From IMG/VR virus record IMGVR_UViG_3300044538_000006, positions 1-47,464 of that record: a DNA stretch of 47,464 nt. One strand, given 5' to 3'. A program made the translations under genes and the position numbers. The number at the start of each line of letters is the position of its first letter. Position 1 is the first letter of the stretch. The notes under the pieces are model-generated. The model had not been told where the DNA came from, did not search any database, and saw only the letters and a program-made list of their open reading frames with translations. The stretch is from a virus. Taxonomy: Duplodnaviria; Caudoviricetes. This document shows, in pieces, positions 27,702 through 37,252 of the stretch.

Positions 27702-27871
27702 CCAGAGAGGTAGTATACCTCCGATGTAGTTCCTATCATCTATGATTGTGGCGTGTCTCTGGATGAACCTGGAGGTCACCAGAATAGGTACAGAGTGCCT
27801 CTGTATCACCAGAAGCATCTAAAACAAACAGTTATATGGAATATCATCTTTTCAAATGACGAGTGTCTGGG
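27702..27871. repeat. Dispersed ~60-bp intergenic element, copies B and D
   Basis: 27702-27762 CCAGAGA..GATGTAGTTCCTATCAT..GTGTCTCTGG; degenerate copy at 27809-27871. Confidence 0.55.
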
Positions 27872-27901
27872 CAAACCCAGAGGTCATCAGAATATCCCCC
27901 G

Positions 27902-27946
27902 TAAGCAAGGGTACCGTCGACAGTGAGAAACGGTACCCTTGGCTTA
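27902..27946. terminator. Long hairpin at the convergence of the two transcription blocks
   Basis: AAGGGTACCGT...ACGGTACCCTT 11-bp stem extended by TAAGC/GCTTA. Confidence 0.65.
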
Positions 27947-28822
27947 TCACGAACCAGTTAAGTTGAACTTGATCGGCTTCCCACCATTTATAAACTCAGC
28001 GCGACCGATATACTTTTGGCCAAGCTCATTGACCTCTACAGACACGTGACCAGGTAAGCCAGGAACCCATAAGAAGTCGTGATCTCTATCTTTAGGAGCA
28101 ATCGCCCATTGAACCTCATCTTCAAACGTTCCGTCAGGATGGGCAATTTCTTCAGGACGATCATTATCGAAGATCAAAGACATGGCCTCTTCAAACGTAG
28201 CTTCTCCATTGTGGTCGAGTTCTTCGAGAACAGAAGAGAATGCCATCGAAACAGATCCCATCATCTTGTTGATTTCTTCAACGAATGATTTGTAGGGTCC
28301 AGACAACCGAATTTGAGCAACACCTTTCTTCTCGTCGAAGTTCTCAACTTCACCAACAGGGACTCCGAGATTTTTGTTGATCTTATCGATCATCTTTTGG
28401 TATTCTTCATACGTGAGTCCTTTTGTTTCCATATTCGAGTACGTTGATATCTTTCCAGGATCAATGTAGGTGTAAAGAGGCTTAGCCATTTTCTCAGCCA
28501 CCATTTCTTTCTCTTTCTTTAGTTGCTGATTGAGAGCCTTCCACAGTTCCTCATCATCCTCACCTTTGAGAATTTCTGGTGATGGGTCAAACTTCAACTC
28601 AGGAGGAGCTTTCGTTCCAGGGTGTGGCTTGCTTGACGTAATCGATGGCCTCGAGATGATCGTTCCTTTCATTTCAAATGTGGGGGAATATGGGCTCTCA
28701 TCGTCAGATGCTTGGGTCGTTATTTCCGTAACGTAAGCTTCGAATACGACTTCTTCGCCATCATTATTCTTAACCTTGATTGTTACTTCCCCTCCGAACA
28801 TTTTTCGATTTATCTCCGCCAT
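27947..28822 (-). CDS. Hypothetical acidic protein
   Basis: 291-aa ORF, no family recognised. Confidence 0.7.
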   Translation of the reverse strand: MAEINRKMFGGEVTIKVKNNDGEEVVFEAYVTEITTQASDDESPYSPTFEMKGTIISRPSITSSKPHPGTKAPPELKFDPSPEILKGEDDEELWKALNQQLKKEKEMVAEKMAKPLYTYIDPGKISTYSNMETKGLTYEEYQKMIDKINKNLGVPVGEVENFDEKKGVAQIRLSGPYKSFVEEINKMMGSVSMAFSSVLEELDHNGEATFEEAMSLIFDNDRPEEIAHPDGTFEDEVQWAIAPKDRDHDFLWVPGLPGHVSVEVNELGQKYIGRAEFINGGKPIKFNLTGS

Positions 28823-28970
28823 CGGGTTTTGACTCCTTTCTATTCAGCTCTTCACTGAACCATAAAAGGTAATCGCAGCCGACTTTGTGTTTCATCGGCT
28901 GCGTATCTTTCCTTTCGTTGTGGCAATCACAGCGATATAGGTTTTCCTCGCATAGATTGTTGGGCAACAT
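28770..28970 (-). CDS. Small Cys/His-containing hypothetical protein
   Basis: 66 aa; CDC...H...C. Confidence 0.5.
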   Translation of the reverse strand: MLPNNLCEENLYRCDCHNERKDTQPMKHKVGCDYLLWFSEELNRKESKPDGGDKSKNVRRGSNNQG

Positions 28971-28971
28971 G

Positions 28972-29430
28972 TCAATCGTCTTCTAGCATTCGTTTGATCC
29001 AGTCAGTGGCGTCCTTGACGTTCCCTGGATCAGGAGCATTTTCAAGGATGCTTTTATCGGAGATGCCACTTACCTTGGAGCCAAACAGTGATTGTAGGCC
29101 GCTAAGGTTGTGCTGATTTTGGGCCTCAATTTCTCGGTATGCATTGATCTTAGCTCGAGCATTTTTCTGGCGAACATCAATTCCAGGCAGAAGGATTTCC
29201 TCATTCGTGAACGTTTCAACCTTCTCACGATACTGGACTGGTGTCGAACTTACCCTGCTTGCTCCCCTCATGATTGCCGAAACAATGATGAAGAGGAGGA
29301 TGAAGCCACTGCCACATAAAAGTGTTCTCAGATACGGTTGAACTTGAATTTTGTTGGTGATTATTCCAACAAGTAAAGCGGATATCCCCAGTCCAACAAT
29401 GAAGAAGACCAGGAAGAAGCCAGTTTTCAT
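28972..29430 (-). CDS. Two-TM membrane protein
   Basis: Two N-terminal hydrophobic helices; GAGG RBS. Confidence 0.7.
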   Translation of the reverse strand: MKTGFFLVFFIVGLGISALLVGIITNKIQVQPYLRTLLCGSGFILLFIIVSAIMRGASRVSSTPVQYREKVETFTNEEILLPGIDVRQKNARAKINAYREIEAQNQHNLSGLQSLFGSKVSGISDKSILENAPDPGNVKDATDWIKRMLEDD

Positions 29431-29633
29431 CTTGCACCTCTCATGAATATGAACGTTCTGCCGCGCTTTCGACCAAGGATACGAACCTTGCGTTCGTGTT
29501 CCTCAGCGCATTCGATAAGTGAATTATACACCTCATCCTTTTTGTACTCATTCTTGATGAGATATACGTGAGCCATTTTGCGATACTTTTGAGCAAGGAC
29601 GGGGTGCATTTGAATGTTCGGATGTCTGATCAT
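29427..29633 (-). CDS. Small hypothetical protein
   Basis: GGAGG RBS; ATGA coupling. Confidence 0.65.
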   Translation of the reverse strand: MIRHPNIQMHPVLAQKYRKMAHVYLIKNEYKKDEVYNSLIECAEEHERKVRILGRKRGRTFIFMRGAR

Positions 29634-29652
29634 ATAACCTCCAATTTGAAAT

Positions 29653-29679
29653 AAAAAGAGGAGGCTCCCCCTAAGCCTC
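29653..29679 (-). terminator. Intrinsic terminator
   Basis: Minus strand GGAGGCT-TAGGGG-AGCCTCC-TCTTTTT. Confidence 0.7.
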
Positions 29680-29687
29680 CAATTTTA

Positions 29688-29936
29688 CTAGTCTTCGATC
29701 TCGATCGAGTCGACTTCGATCACTTCCTTCCGAGTATTTGCATACTCGAATTCCACGTGAGCTCGGATACTTGCTCGTTTGCCGCCTACGCCAGAAACCG
29801 TAATTCTGAAGTATCCTTTACCACATCGACAGGTTTTCTGGTCCTTAGGCTTGGAGAGCCGATGTGGGTAGCTGTTTCCGCATTCTTTGCACGTCAAGTG
29901 CAGAAGAATTTTATCGATGCTAATGCTTTCAGCCAT
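29688..29936 (-). CDS. Zinc-ribbon protein
   Basis: CKECG...CRCG; AGGAG RBS; has its own promoter and terminator. Confidence 0.7.
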   Translation of the reverse strand: MAESISIDKILLHLTCKECGNSYPHRLSKPKDQKTCRCGKGYFRITVSGVGGKRASIRAHVEFEYANTRKEVIEVDSIEIED

Positions 29937-30033
29937 TTTTGTTTCTCCTATTCTCTTGTTAAGTTACTAGTTTTCGAACGATCGATTTGCTGAGGTAGTC
30001 CTGAATTTATTTGTTCTGTTCCTCTCTTTCTCT

Positions 30034-30078
30034 ATTATGTATATATTATAAAATGATTTGCCAGAATGTACATAGTAG
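30034..30078 (-). promoter_or_regulatory. Phage early-type promoter, copy 4
   Basis: Minus strand CTACTATGTACA-N16-TATAATATATACATAAT. Confidence 0.8.
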
Positions 30079-30091
30079 AGAGGAACGAATT

Positions 30092-30193
30092 TCACTTTGA
30101 CTTCTTGCTTCGGACGTACATGAGGATCAATCCAAAGGATCCTAACAGTAAGGAACCTGCGATCACGAGCACTAAAATATTTTCAAGGTCCAT
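30092..30193 (-). CDS. 33-aa single-TM peptide (absent from ORF track)
   Basis: MDLENILVLVIAGSLLLGSFGLILMYVRSKKSK; purine-rich RBS. Confidence 0.5.
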   Translation of the reverse strand: MDLENILVLVIAGSLLLGSFGLILMYVRSKKSK

Positions 30194-30476
30194 CTTCTTC
30201 CTCAATTTCTTCATCCTCGTCTATCCTGCGAGTGATGACTGGCTCGACACCTTCGATGAAGGTGACCTTCGACATGTGAATTGGTTTGTTGATGCATGGT
30301 CCATGACCAGTTATTCCAGCCTTGGCCAACTCATCAGCCGGTAAACATACCAAATAGTTACTCACGTGATCGCTACCAAATACTATTCCTTGAATTTTCA
30401 CTTTGTTGTATTCAAGCTCAACGAGTCTTTCGTGAGGTAGAACCCTTAAGTTTCCAATACGTTTTCTTTTTGCCAT
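30183..30476 (-). CDS. Hypothetical protein
   Basis: 97 aa, GAGGA RBS, acidic tail. Confidence 0.65.
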   Translation of the reverse strand: MAKRKRIGNLRVLPHERLVELEYNKVKIQGIVFGSDHVSNYLVCLPADELAKAGITGHGPCINKPIHMSKVTFIEGVEPVITRRIDEDEEIEEEDGP

Positions 30477-31320
30477 TCTGTTCCTCTTTCAGTTTGATTG
30501 CATTTAGTAGGGCCTTATTTCCAGTTTTGGTTGCGTAGCCGATAACATCTCTCGTTGCAAGCTTACTTGCAGCGAATGCCATCTCTCCGTATTTCATTTC
30601 ATCAGCCTCTCCACCAGGGAGTGATACCTCTGAGTTGTTATGCAACTTCATGAATGAGTAAGCACCTAAATATCCTGCAAGGTCATTATCGAATAAAATT
30701 CGTACTGAATGTCCTTCAAGTATCTTGGCTGCTGGTGGGATTGCACTTGCACCCATCGTGCACACCGCTTTGAACCCATACTTGTCTGCTCGTAGAACGC
30801 CAAATACTCCTTCAACAAGCAGAAGATGTTCATACTTTAGATTTGCCATTGGCCAAACTGGTGTCCTACTTCCATGAAGAATATACTTGGGCTCACCAGT
30901 ATATTTTCGTTCTTGGACACCAACAGCAAGCCCGCTTTTGTCAAACACTGGGAAGAGGACGCCATCCTTGTGAGCCATGATCTTGAATTTCTTGACCTGC
31001 TCAACAGTTACGCCTCTTACTCCCAGGTAGGTATTCCTCGTGGCCAACTTTGAGTAGAGGAGTTGCCTCCACTCTCGATCGTCTTCATCCTGATGCGGGA
31101 TCAGAGCGAGATCAATCTTGAGAAGAGTACCACCAAACTCTTTTGCCAGATGGTAAGCGTTGGTTGAGTAACCACAGCCGAAGCAATGGAACAAACCGTT
31201 TGAAAGATTGAACCTTGCGCTCGGCTCGTGGTCAAGATGGAAGGGGCAACGAAGTTTTGCCTCTACACCAGTAACCTTGATGATCTGAAGTCCTAGAGCG
31301 TTTGGGTCCCATACTTTCAT
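30418..31320 (-). CDS. dnaG: DNA primase (CHC2 zinc finger + TOPRIM)
   Basis: CPFH.D..PS...FHCFGCG, YL..RG, KY, LVEGVFG, FDNDLAG. Confidence 0.9.
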   Translation of the reverse strand: MKVWDPNALGLQIIKVTGVEAKLRCPFHLDHEPSARFNLSNGLFHCFGCGYSTNAYHLAKEFGGTLLKIDLALIPHQDEDDREWRQLLYSKLATRNTYLGVRGVTVEQVKKFKIMAHKDGVLFPVFDKSGLAVGVQERKYTGEPKYILHGSRTPVWPMANLKYEHLLLVEGVFGVLRADKYGFKAVCTMGASAIPPAAKILEGHSVRILFDNDLAGYLGAYSFMKLHNNSEVSLPGGEADEMKYGEMAFAASKLATRDVIGYATKTGNKALLNAIKLKEEQNGKKKTYWKLKGSTSRKTR

Positions 31321-31490
31321 TTCTTCTCCTCAGGCTTGTGGAGCCATGGCTCATATGGTTCCCATTTGCCGTTTTGTTTTGCAAACATCGTACCCTCAAG
31401 AATTCCTTTCGTGAGGATGTAGATATAAATGTACTTTGCAATCCTGTAGCCAATCAGGATGCCCATTAGAAAGATTATTATGTACCACAT
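31317..31490 (-). CDS. 57-aa single-TM protein (paralog of 43383-43550; absent from ORF track)
   Basis: AGGAGG RBS; MWYIIIFLMGILIGYRIAK...; ATGA coupling to primase. Confidence 0.7.
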   Translation of the reverse strand: MWYIIIFLMGILIGYRIAKYIYIYILTKGILEGTMFAKQNGKWEPYEPWLHKPEEKK

Positions 31491-31499
31491 TGTTCCTCC

Positions 31500-31748
31500 T
31501 TAGTGCGAACAGTCTGGGCACTCATCATAGTCTTGGCCATGCTCACACAATTCAATCGAATAATCGGGTGAGTCGCAAATTGTTCTTTCAAACCTTTTGC
31601 ATAATTCTGCAACGTAACCATATCCCGTCATGTCGCTAACATATTTGCAGCCCATCATTAGTTTTAGAAGATCTCGATCACTCTTATCTTTCAATCTGCT
31701 AGTATCAATGTTCTCGTAATCGAAATGGATCCATTTCTTTGACATCAT
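31500..31748 (-). CDS. Small Cys-rich hypothetical protein
   Basis: CEHG...CPDC; coupled to the helicase stop. Confidence 0.65.
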   Translation of the reverse strand: MMSKKWIHFDYENIDTSRLKDKSDRDLLKLMMGCKYVSDMTGYGYVAELCKRFERTICDSPDYSIELCEHGQDYDECPDCSH

Positions 31749-32902
31749 CGTACCTCTTCAACTTTCATATTGTCAAAGTCAAGGTCGAACATCGCCGACA
31801 TATTTGGGCCATACCTGTTCTTTGTCATTGAAGCCGTTATCCGATTTGGTCGAACAGTGTCAACCTCCAACATGATGATTTGATCTGCATCCTGACCTAG
31901 GGCATCAGCAAACGCCAAATCCTCAGGAGTAAATCCTTCTGTTTTTCCAACTCGTTTGATTTGAGTTGTGGCCAGCATTGGGAGTTTAGATGTAAGTGCC
32001 ATTTGCTTGAGTTGACCGCTGACTTCGGTGATGCGTTCCCATCTAGCTGACGGTGGGCTCATCAGGTCAGGAGCAAGCTGATAAACACCATCGACGATGA
32101 TCGCGTCCACCATGAAGAACTTTGCTGCCATTGCAATGTGCTCTGGAGTCTTTAGCCCTCGAGGGGCATAGATTTCACCCTTGCTCCGTTTTGCAGTCAT
32201 CTGTGCAATCTTCAAACGAGAAGCAATGTCTGCTCCGAACTCTCCACGTAGAGCCAATGGATTGAATGCCGCTACCATGCCATCGATACGTGAGAAGATT
32301 TCCATTGCAAGCATTTCTTGCGACACGAATAATACTCTCATTCCCTTGAGCATCCACTCACGAGCTTGCCACTGCGTTGTTAGTGATTTACCAGTTCCAA
32401 GCCGAGCGGCAATCAAGCAGTAATCGCCAGCGTGGAGACTACCCATTGCTCTGTTTAGGATGCCAGAGAAGAAGTCAACTGACTTGGTATGAAGACGAGC
32501 TTTGTAGCGACTCCTGTCGTAGGAGGTGTAGGCCACTTCATCGTCTTCTGCCTGGGATACGGTACGCATTACAGCATAAACGTCCGTATCGATAATCTTT
32601 CCCTCGAGTCTTGTTTTGTCGATCACCTTCCCCATTTCAGAAATAAAGAACGAGAGTCTTTTCCTTTCAAGTGCCTGATCTGCGATGTCGTCAACAATGA
32701 AGCGACCTTCCAACTCGATTGGAATAAAATCCTCAAACTCTTCCCCAAGGCGTTCAACATCAGGAGGCTCACCATATTTTGCCGCATATTCTGCGATCCA
32801 CGAGATGAGTTCAAGCTCGAAAGGTTCCATGAGCCGCTGTGGAAACTGAAGAAGGCGACTCACGTCTTTTGACTTGAGTGAGGCAACGATAAGTTTATTC
32901 AC
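31745..32902 (-). CDS. dnaB: Replicative helicase (DnaB/SF4)
   Basis: ARLGTGKS, VSQEM, IIVDGVYQL, LGQDAD, KNRYG. Confidence 0.92.
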   Translation of the reverse strand: MNKLIVASLKSKDVSRLLQFPQRLMEPFELELISWIAEYAAKYGEPPDVERLGEEFEDFIPIELEGRFIVDDIADQALERKRLSFFISEMGKVIDKTRLEGKIIDTDVYAVMRTVSQAEDDEVAYTSYDRSRYKARLHTKSVDFFSGILNRAMGSLHAGDYCLIAARLGTGKSLTTQWQAREWMLKGMRVLFVSQEMLAMEIFSRIDGMVAAFNPLALRGEFGADIASRLKIAQMTAKRSKGEIYAPRGLKTPEHIAMAAKFFMVDAIIVDGVYQLAPDLMSPPSARWERITEVSGQLKQMALTSKLPMLATTQIKRVGKTEGFTPEDLAFADALGQDADQIIMLEVDTVRPNRITASMTKNRYGPNMSAMFDLDFDNMKVEEVR

Positions 32903-32938
32903 ATATTCCTCCAGTATCTATTTGATGCAGAGGGTCTC

Positions 32939-32998
32939 CCAGAGACACGACTATGGTCTGATGTAGTTCCATCATACTCAATAGTTGAGTGTCTCTGG
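32939..32998. repeat. Dispersed ~60-bp intergenic element, copy C
   Basis: CCAGAGACAC..GATGTAGTTCCATCAT..GTGTCTCTGG with perfect 10-bp inverted ends. Confidence 0.6.
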
Positions 32999-33012
32999 GC
33001 GTCCTCTGGGTG

Positions 33013-34014
33013 TCAACGGACTATACTCGGGTTTGAGTTGATGAATGCTAAGTCACCAGTGAGCTGGCAGCTAAGAGTACATGCCTGGCAAGTCCTCAAT
33101 TCCTTTCGCCTCGAAACACTATCAACCCAGATCTGATCGAATGGTTTTTCATAGAGGTTGCCAAGGACTGCATCTTTTTCGTCCAACCCCTGGCAGACCC
33201 ACACATCCCCATTCGCATTGATCGTGGAGTAGATGGATGTGCTATAGCAGGGGATCGCGCTACCTTTCTTTTTGTTTACGGCGGCCATGATGTATTGAGC
33301 TCCACTACGAAGTGACTTCATCATTGTAGCGTATTCCAATTTGTTGGACATTGTAATCAATTCGGAATAGAGAGTGGTGAGTACCTCCGCTTTCTGATCG
33401 TAACTTGCAATGCCTAATAGTCCATCATCTGATGCGATGTTGAACCGTGGCTGAGCTCCATACTCAAGGCACACATCCAAGAACCACCTGATGTTTTCGT
33501 ACGCTTGAACATATGTCCTTGCATTCCATGGGCCCAAAGTTATCTGAAGCGTTGTGCTCCCCTTGTAGGGGTCTTTGATCTGTGAGAGAAGAGAATGGAT
33601 GCTGTCGAGATTACCCGCCACTCCGCGTGATCGATCGTGTTGTGGCCCATCCAATGAAATGGTTAGTTGATCAGCAAATTGAAGGAGCGGGATTGCAAGT
33701 TCAGGCTCAACTGCATTTGTCAATAGAGTTACCTTATGGGTGTTCTCACTGAGGAACTCCATGATTTGATATGCATCGGGGTGAAGTGTGAACTCTCCAC
33801 CTTGGACAACGACTCCACACCAGCTAAGAGCTTTCGATTGAGTCCAGAACTCTTTCACTTTCTCAAATGGCATATGCACTCTTGGCATCTTTGAATTTGA
33901 TGTCCTAAACGTGCAGTAGGAACAGTTTGAATTGCAGTGAGAGGTGGCATAAAAGTAAATTGTTCGTGGCCAATCGAGTAGCACAGACTCTTGATATGAC
34001 GGTCTACTTTTCAT
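33013..34014 (-). CDS. Radical SAM enzyme with SPASM/twitch-like C-terminus
   Basis: CNSNCSYC, QGGEFTLHPD, LTN, ISLDG..HDRSRG, C..INANGDVWVC...LGN...CQAC...C. Confidence 0.9.
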   Translation of the reverse strand: MKSRPSYQESVLLDWPRTIYFYATSHCNSNCSYCTFRTSNSKMPRVHMPFEKVKEFWTQSKALSWCGVVVQGGEFTLHPDAYQIMEFLSENTHKVTLLTNAVEPELAIPLLQFADQLTISLDGPQHDRSRGVAGNLDSIHSLLSQIKDPYKGSTTLQITLGPWNARTYVQAYENIRWFLDVCLEYGAQPRFNIASDDGLLGIASYDQKAEVLTTLYSELITMSNKLEYATMMKSLRSGAQYIMAAVNKKKGSAIPCYSTSIYSTINANGDVWVCQGLDEKDAVLGNLYEKPFDQIWVDSVSRRKELRTCQACTLSCQLTGDLAFINSNPSIVR

Positions 34015-34427
34015 TTGGCTAAAATCCTTGCGAGAGAAGCATGTACCTGAGATTTGATCTGGTCATCGATAGATTTCTTAATGTCTTCATCAACGACACC
34101 CTCAACGATGGCCTCAATCTCTTTCATGATAACTGCGTCTCTTTCTAAAACCACAGCCTTAACTTCGGCTCGAACGATCTTGTCGAGCTTCTTGCGGTCA
34201 TCACCATATGAGCCTTCATTGACAACAAGCCTCACATGGTTCTTAACCTCTGTCGTTGCGATCTGTTCCAACTTCGCAGCATCTAGCTTTTTGCCCTCGG
34301 CGGTCAACACCTCCATGATGATCGTCTTTATTTCCTCCCTGACGATCTTCACGACTTGACCTTTGATGATGCGACGAATTTCGCCACGCAACGCTTCATC
34401 TTCCTGAACGTTGATTTTGAGTCTCAT
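34011..34427 (-). CDS. Helical/coiled-coil hypothetical protein
   Basis: 138 aa, coupled to dnaE and the radical SAM gene. Confidence 0.7.
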   Translation of the reverse strand: MRLKINVQEDEALRGEIRRIIKGQVVKIVREEIKTIIMEVLTAEGKKLDAAKLEQIATTEVKNHVRLVVNEGSYGDDRKKLDKIVRAEVKAVVLERDAVIMKEIEAIVEGVVDEDIKKSIDDQIKSQVHASLARILAK

Positions 34428-37252
34428 AACTTCCTTAACGTTGTTGCCTTGCCTGAGTTTGCCTTCACCTTCGCAGCTACAAAATCTCCAACACCCAGAT
34501 TATCAGTCCTCAATCCTCTTACCCAGAACAATCCATTTGGGATGAGGTAAAAGACTTCATATGGGCCAAACGCTGAAGATTTCTTTTTCACTGCTCCGAT
34601 AATTCCAGCAACCCATCCGTCTTCCGTGGCTTTCTCAATGTTTGCAATTTCAGTCTTGGTTGGTAGGACAAAGCCAAGTAAACGGAGTTGAGCTTCGCGT
34701 TCAGGATTTGGGGATTTACGAATTTCAGCGAGCATCTCATTTGACTTACCTGAGATACCAAGTTTCTTAACATCGCCACTCAATCCCTTGAATGCCCCAA
34801 TCCCAAGTAGTGATGCGCGAGCTTGTCCTCGAAGAGCATTCTTTGGAACGCGAGCCATAAAATCATCAATCGATTTGAACTTTCCTTTCTTCAATTCATC
34901 TCTGATAGACCGAACATTGGTGACATACTTGATCACATTTGCTGGAATGATAATAGCATCTTCATCCACAACAAAGATGTCATCATCACCAATTTGATTG
35001 ATATGCGGCATCTTTACTTTGATCCCGCGTTTGATGACCTCAAAGATATACTGCGTCAGGTTGTCGCGATCACTACTCATCATCGCTGCGTAGAACTGAA
35101 CTGGATAATAGAACTTCCAGAAAGCCATTTGCCATGCGATTTGTGCGTACGCTGTTGCGTGGGCCTTATTGAATGAGTAGCGAGAGTGGGTTTCGATTTC
35201 ACTCCAAATCTTCTCAGCAGTTTCTTTCTTCACACTCTGCTTTAGAGCTCCCTCAACGAATTTCTTCTTTACGTCAACAAGCTGCTTTTGCCATTCAGGA
35301 TCGTTCATCTTGCCACCAGCTTTCACGATCAAGCGGCGAACGTTATCAGCTTCTGAAAGAGAGCCATCTGTCATACGAGCATAAAGGGCCATTACCTGTT
35401 CTTGATAGACAATTGCTCCATATGTGGGAGCGAGAATGTCTTCGATCAGTTTTGGAACCTTTCGCGGATTATACCGCCACTCAACGAACTTATCTGCAGT
35501 ACCGGCATCAAGTGCTCCTGGCCTGTACAACGCATTGAGCGCTACTAAATCTTCAAACTTGGTTGGAGCCATTTTCATTGTGAGGTTGCGAATGCCCCAA
35601 CTACCTGAGAACTGGAATACACCACTGAGATCTCCAGTCCTAAAGAGTTCGAAAGCCGGATCATTCTCAGGGTGTTCCTTTGAGCGTTTGACTTCCTTGG
35701 GGTTGTTTCGTTCAAGAAGCTGCAAGATCGTAAGAGCCTCTAACCCAAGTAAGTCATACTTCACAATCCCAGCTTTTGACATCTCATTGAGCTTGCCCTC
35801 AGTCCATGCTGCGACTAAATGTCCTGATGCTCGTTCAATTGGAACTTGCCGGTCCGTAATCACAACGCCAGCAGCGTGACGGCCTCTGTGTCTAATTTGG
35901 CCGATGATAGTCCCATAAGCTGCACTAAACTCTGGATTTTCATCCAAGAATTCAAGAACTTCGTGCGACATAGGATCTGCGTCAGCAAGTTTTTCCTCCA
36001 CGTTGCGAGGAACTTTCAATGCTTTAGACAGATCGTGTACAGCTGTTTTATGGGAGTAGCGAATAACCGTTCCAATGGGGTGCCCTTTCCACTGCTTCGC
36101 GACATATTCGATCACTGCATCCCTATGAAGAGAGTCGATATCAATGTCAACGTCAGGCATACCCTTACGAGAAGGATTTAGGAACCTTTCAAATGGGAGG
36201 TCATATTGAATAGGGTCAATATCGGTAATCCCAAGCGTATAGAGGATAAGAGACCCAGCTCCACTGCCACGGCCTGGCCCAATCATTGCTCCAAGACCGC
36301 GTGCTGCTCTAATAATATCGTGGAGAATTACGAAGTAAGATGAGTAGTCCATCTTCTGGATAATCTCCAGTTCGTAATCCAATCTTTTCCTATACGTGGC
36401 ATTCTTCAAATCAACTCTTCCCATTGTGATGAGGCCGCGGAGTCGTGTATCAGCATTAGAGATATGGGGCAATGTCGGTTCTGCATCGAACTCTGTTGCC
36501 TTGATTTTTTCTGCGATCATGGCTGTAGTTCCAATCGCGGCGTCAAATGCTTCACGAGAGATTTCACTCTTTGCTCTCTTCCAGATTTGCTCTGAATTTT
36601 TCAGCCAGAGTTCTTTTGAGTTGTATGAGTAACCAGCTCTCATCTTCGTAACTAAGCCATGAACATCACCATCTTCCTGAAGTGGAAAGTGAGCATCATT
36701 CGTGATCACCAACGGGATGTTACCCTTTTCTGCGAGCTTGATTGGCCTTGACCATGTGTCAGTGTCTGCTACGAACATCATCTCCATGAAGAAGCGGTTG
36801 CCAAACGCCCTCTTGAACTTGGACATCAGAGCAACTGACTCAGCATATGGAAGCTGGTTGAATGGCGATGCTACACAACCACTCAAACAAATGATATCCT
36901 TGCAGTCATTCAGCAAATCATCGATCGAAAATGCCGGTGATTTGCCATGCGATGCATGACCAATATTATTGAGACGAATGAGATTATCCAATCCTTTCTT
37001 TCCATTTCCAAGAAGAGTAAGGTGGCCAACCTTGCCGTCAAAAGCAATGTAAGCCTCTACTCCTACGATGGGTTTGAGACCAACTGCTTTCGCTTCAAGC
37101 GAGAAGGATACTGCATTCGAAAGCGATCCATGATCTGTAACCGCCAATGCACTAAATCCATAATCCTTCGCTGCTTTTACGAGTTGTGAGACTTCTCTTA
37201 ACCCATCTTTTGATGCATCAGAATGAACGTGAAGATGGGCAAATCCATTCAT
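34424..37252 (-). CDS. dnaE: C-family DNA polymerase (DNA Pol III alpha-like)
   Basis: PHP motifs HLHVHS/TDHG/TNDAH, GPGRGSGAGS, FERFLNP.R..MPDVDID, HAAGVVI, KYDLLGL, YSFNKAHA; AGGAGG RBS at 37252. Confidence 0.97.
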   Translation of the reverse strand: MNGFAHLHVHSDASKDGLREVSQLVKAAKDYGFSALAVTDHGSLSNAVSFSLEAKAVGLKPIVGVEAYIAFDGKVGHLTLLGNGKKGLDNLIRLNNIGHASHGKSPAFSIDDLLNDCKDIICLSGCVASPFNQLPYAESVALMSKFKRAFGNRFFMEMMFVADTDTWSRPIKLAEKGNIPLVITNDAHFPLQEDGDVHGLVTKMRAGYSYNSKELWLKNSEQIWKRAKSEISREAFDAAIGTTAMIAEKIKATEFDAEPTLPHISNADTRLRGLITMGRVDLKNATYRKRLDYELEIIQKMDYSSYFVILHDIIRAARGLGAMIGPGRGSGAGSLILYTLGITDIDPIQYDLPFERFLNPSRKGMPDVDIDIDSLHRDAVIEYVAKQWKGHPIGTVIRYSHKTAVHDLSKALKVPRNVEEKLADADPMSHEVLEFLDENPEFSAAYGTIIGQIRHRGRHAAGVVITDRQVPIERASGHLVAAWTEGKLNEMSKAGIVKYDLLGLEALTILQLLERNNPKEVKRSKEHPENDPAFELFRTGDLSGVFQFSGSWGIRNLTMKMAPTKFEDLVALNALYRPGALDAGTADKFVEWRYNPRKVPKLIEDILAPTYGAIVYQEQVMALYARMTDGSLSEADNVRRLIVKAGGKMNDPEWQKQLVDVKKKFVEGALKQSVKKETAEKIWSEIETHSRYSFNKAHATAYAQIAWQMAFWKFYYPVQFYAAMMSSDRDNLTQYIFEVIKRGIKVKMPHINQIGDDDIFVVDEDAIIIPANVIKYVTNVRSIRDELKKGKFKSIDDFMARVPKNALRGQARASLLGIGAFKGLSGDVKKLGISGKSNEMLAEIRKSPNPEREAQLRLLGFVLPTKTEIANIEKATEDGWVAGIIGAVKKKSSAFGPYEVFYLIPNGLFWVRGLRTDNLGVGDFVAAKVKANSGKATTLRKL

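Noticed and set aside
26490-27739. Long antisense ORFs (208 aa, 155 aa) and similar shadow ORFs genome-wide
   Set aside because: They lie opposite well-supported coupled genes and lack RBSs and motifs
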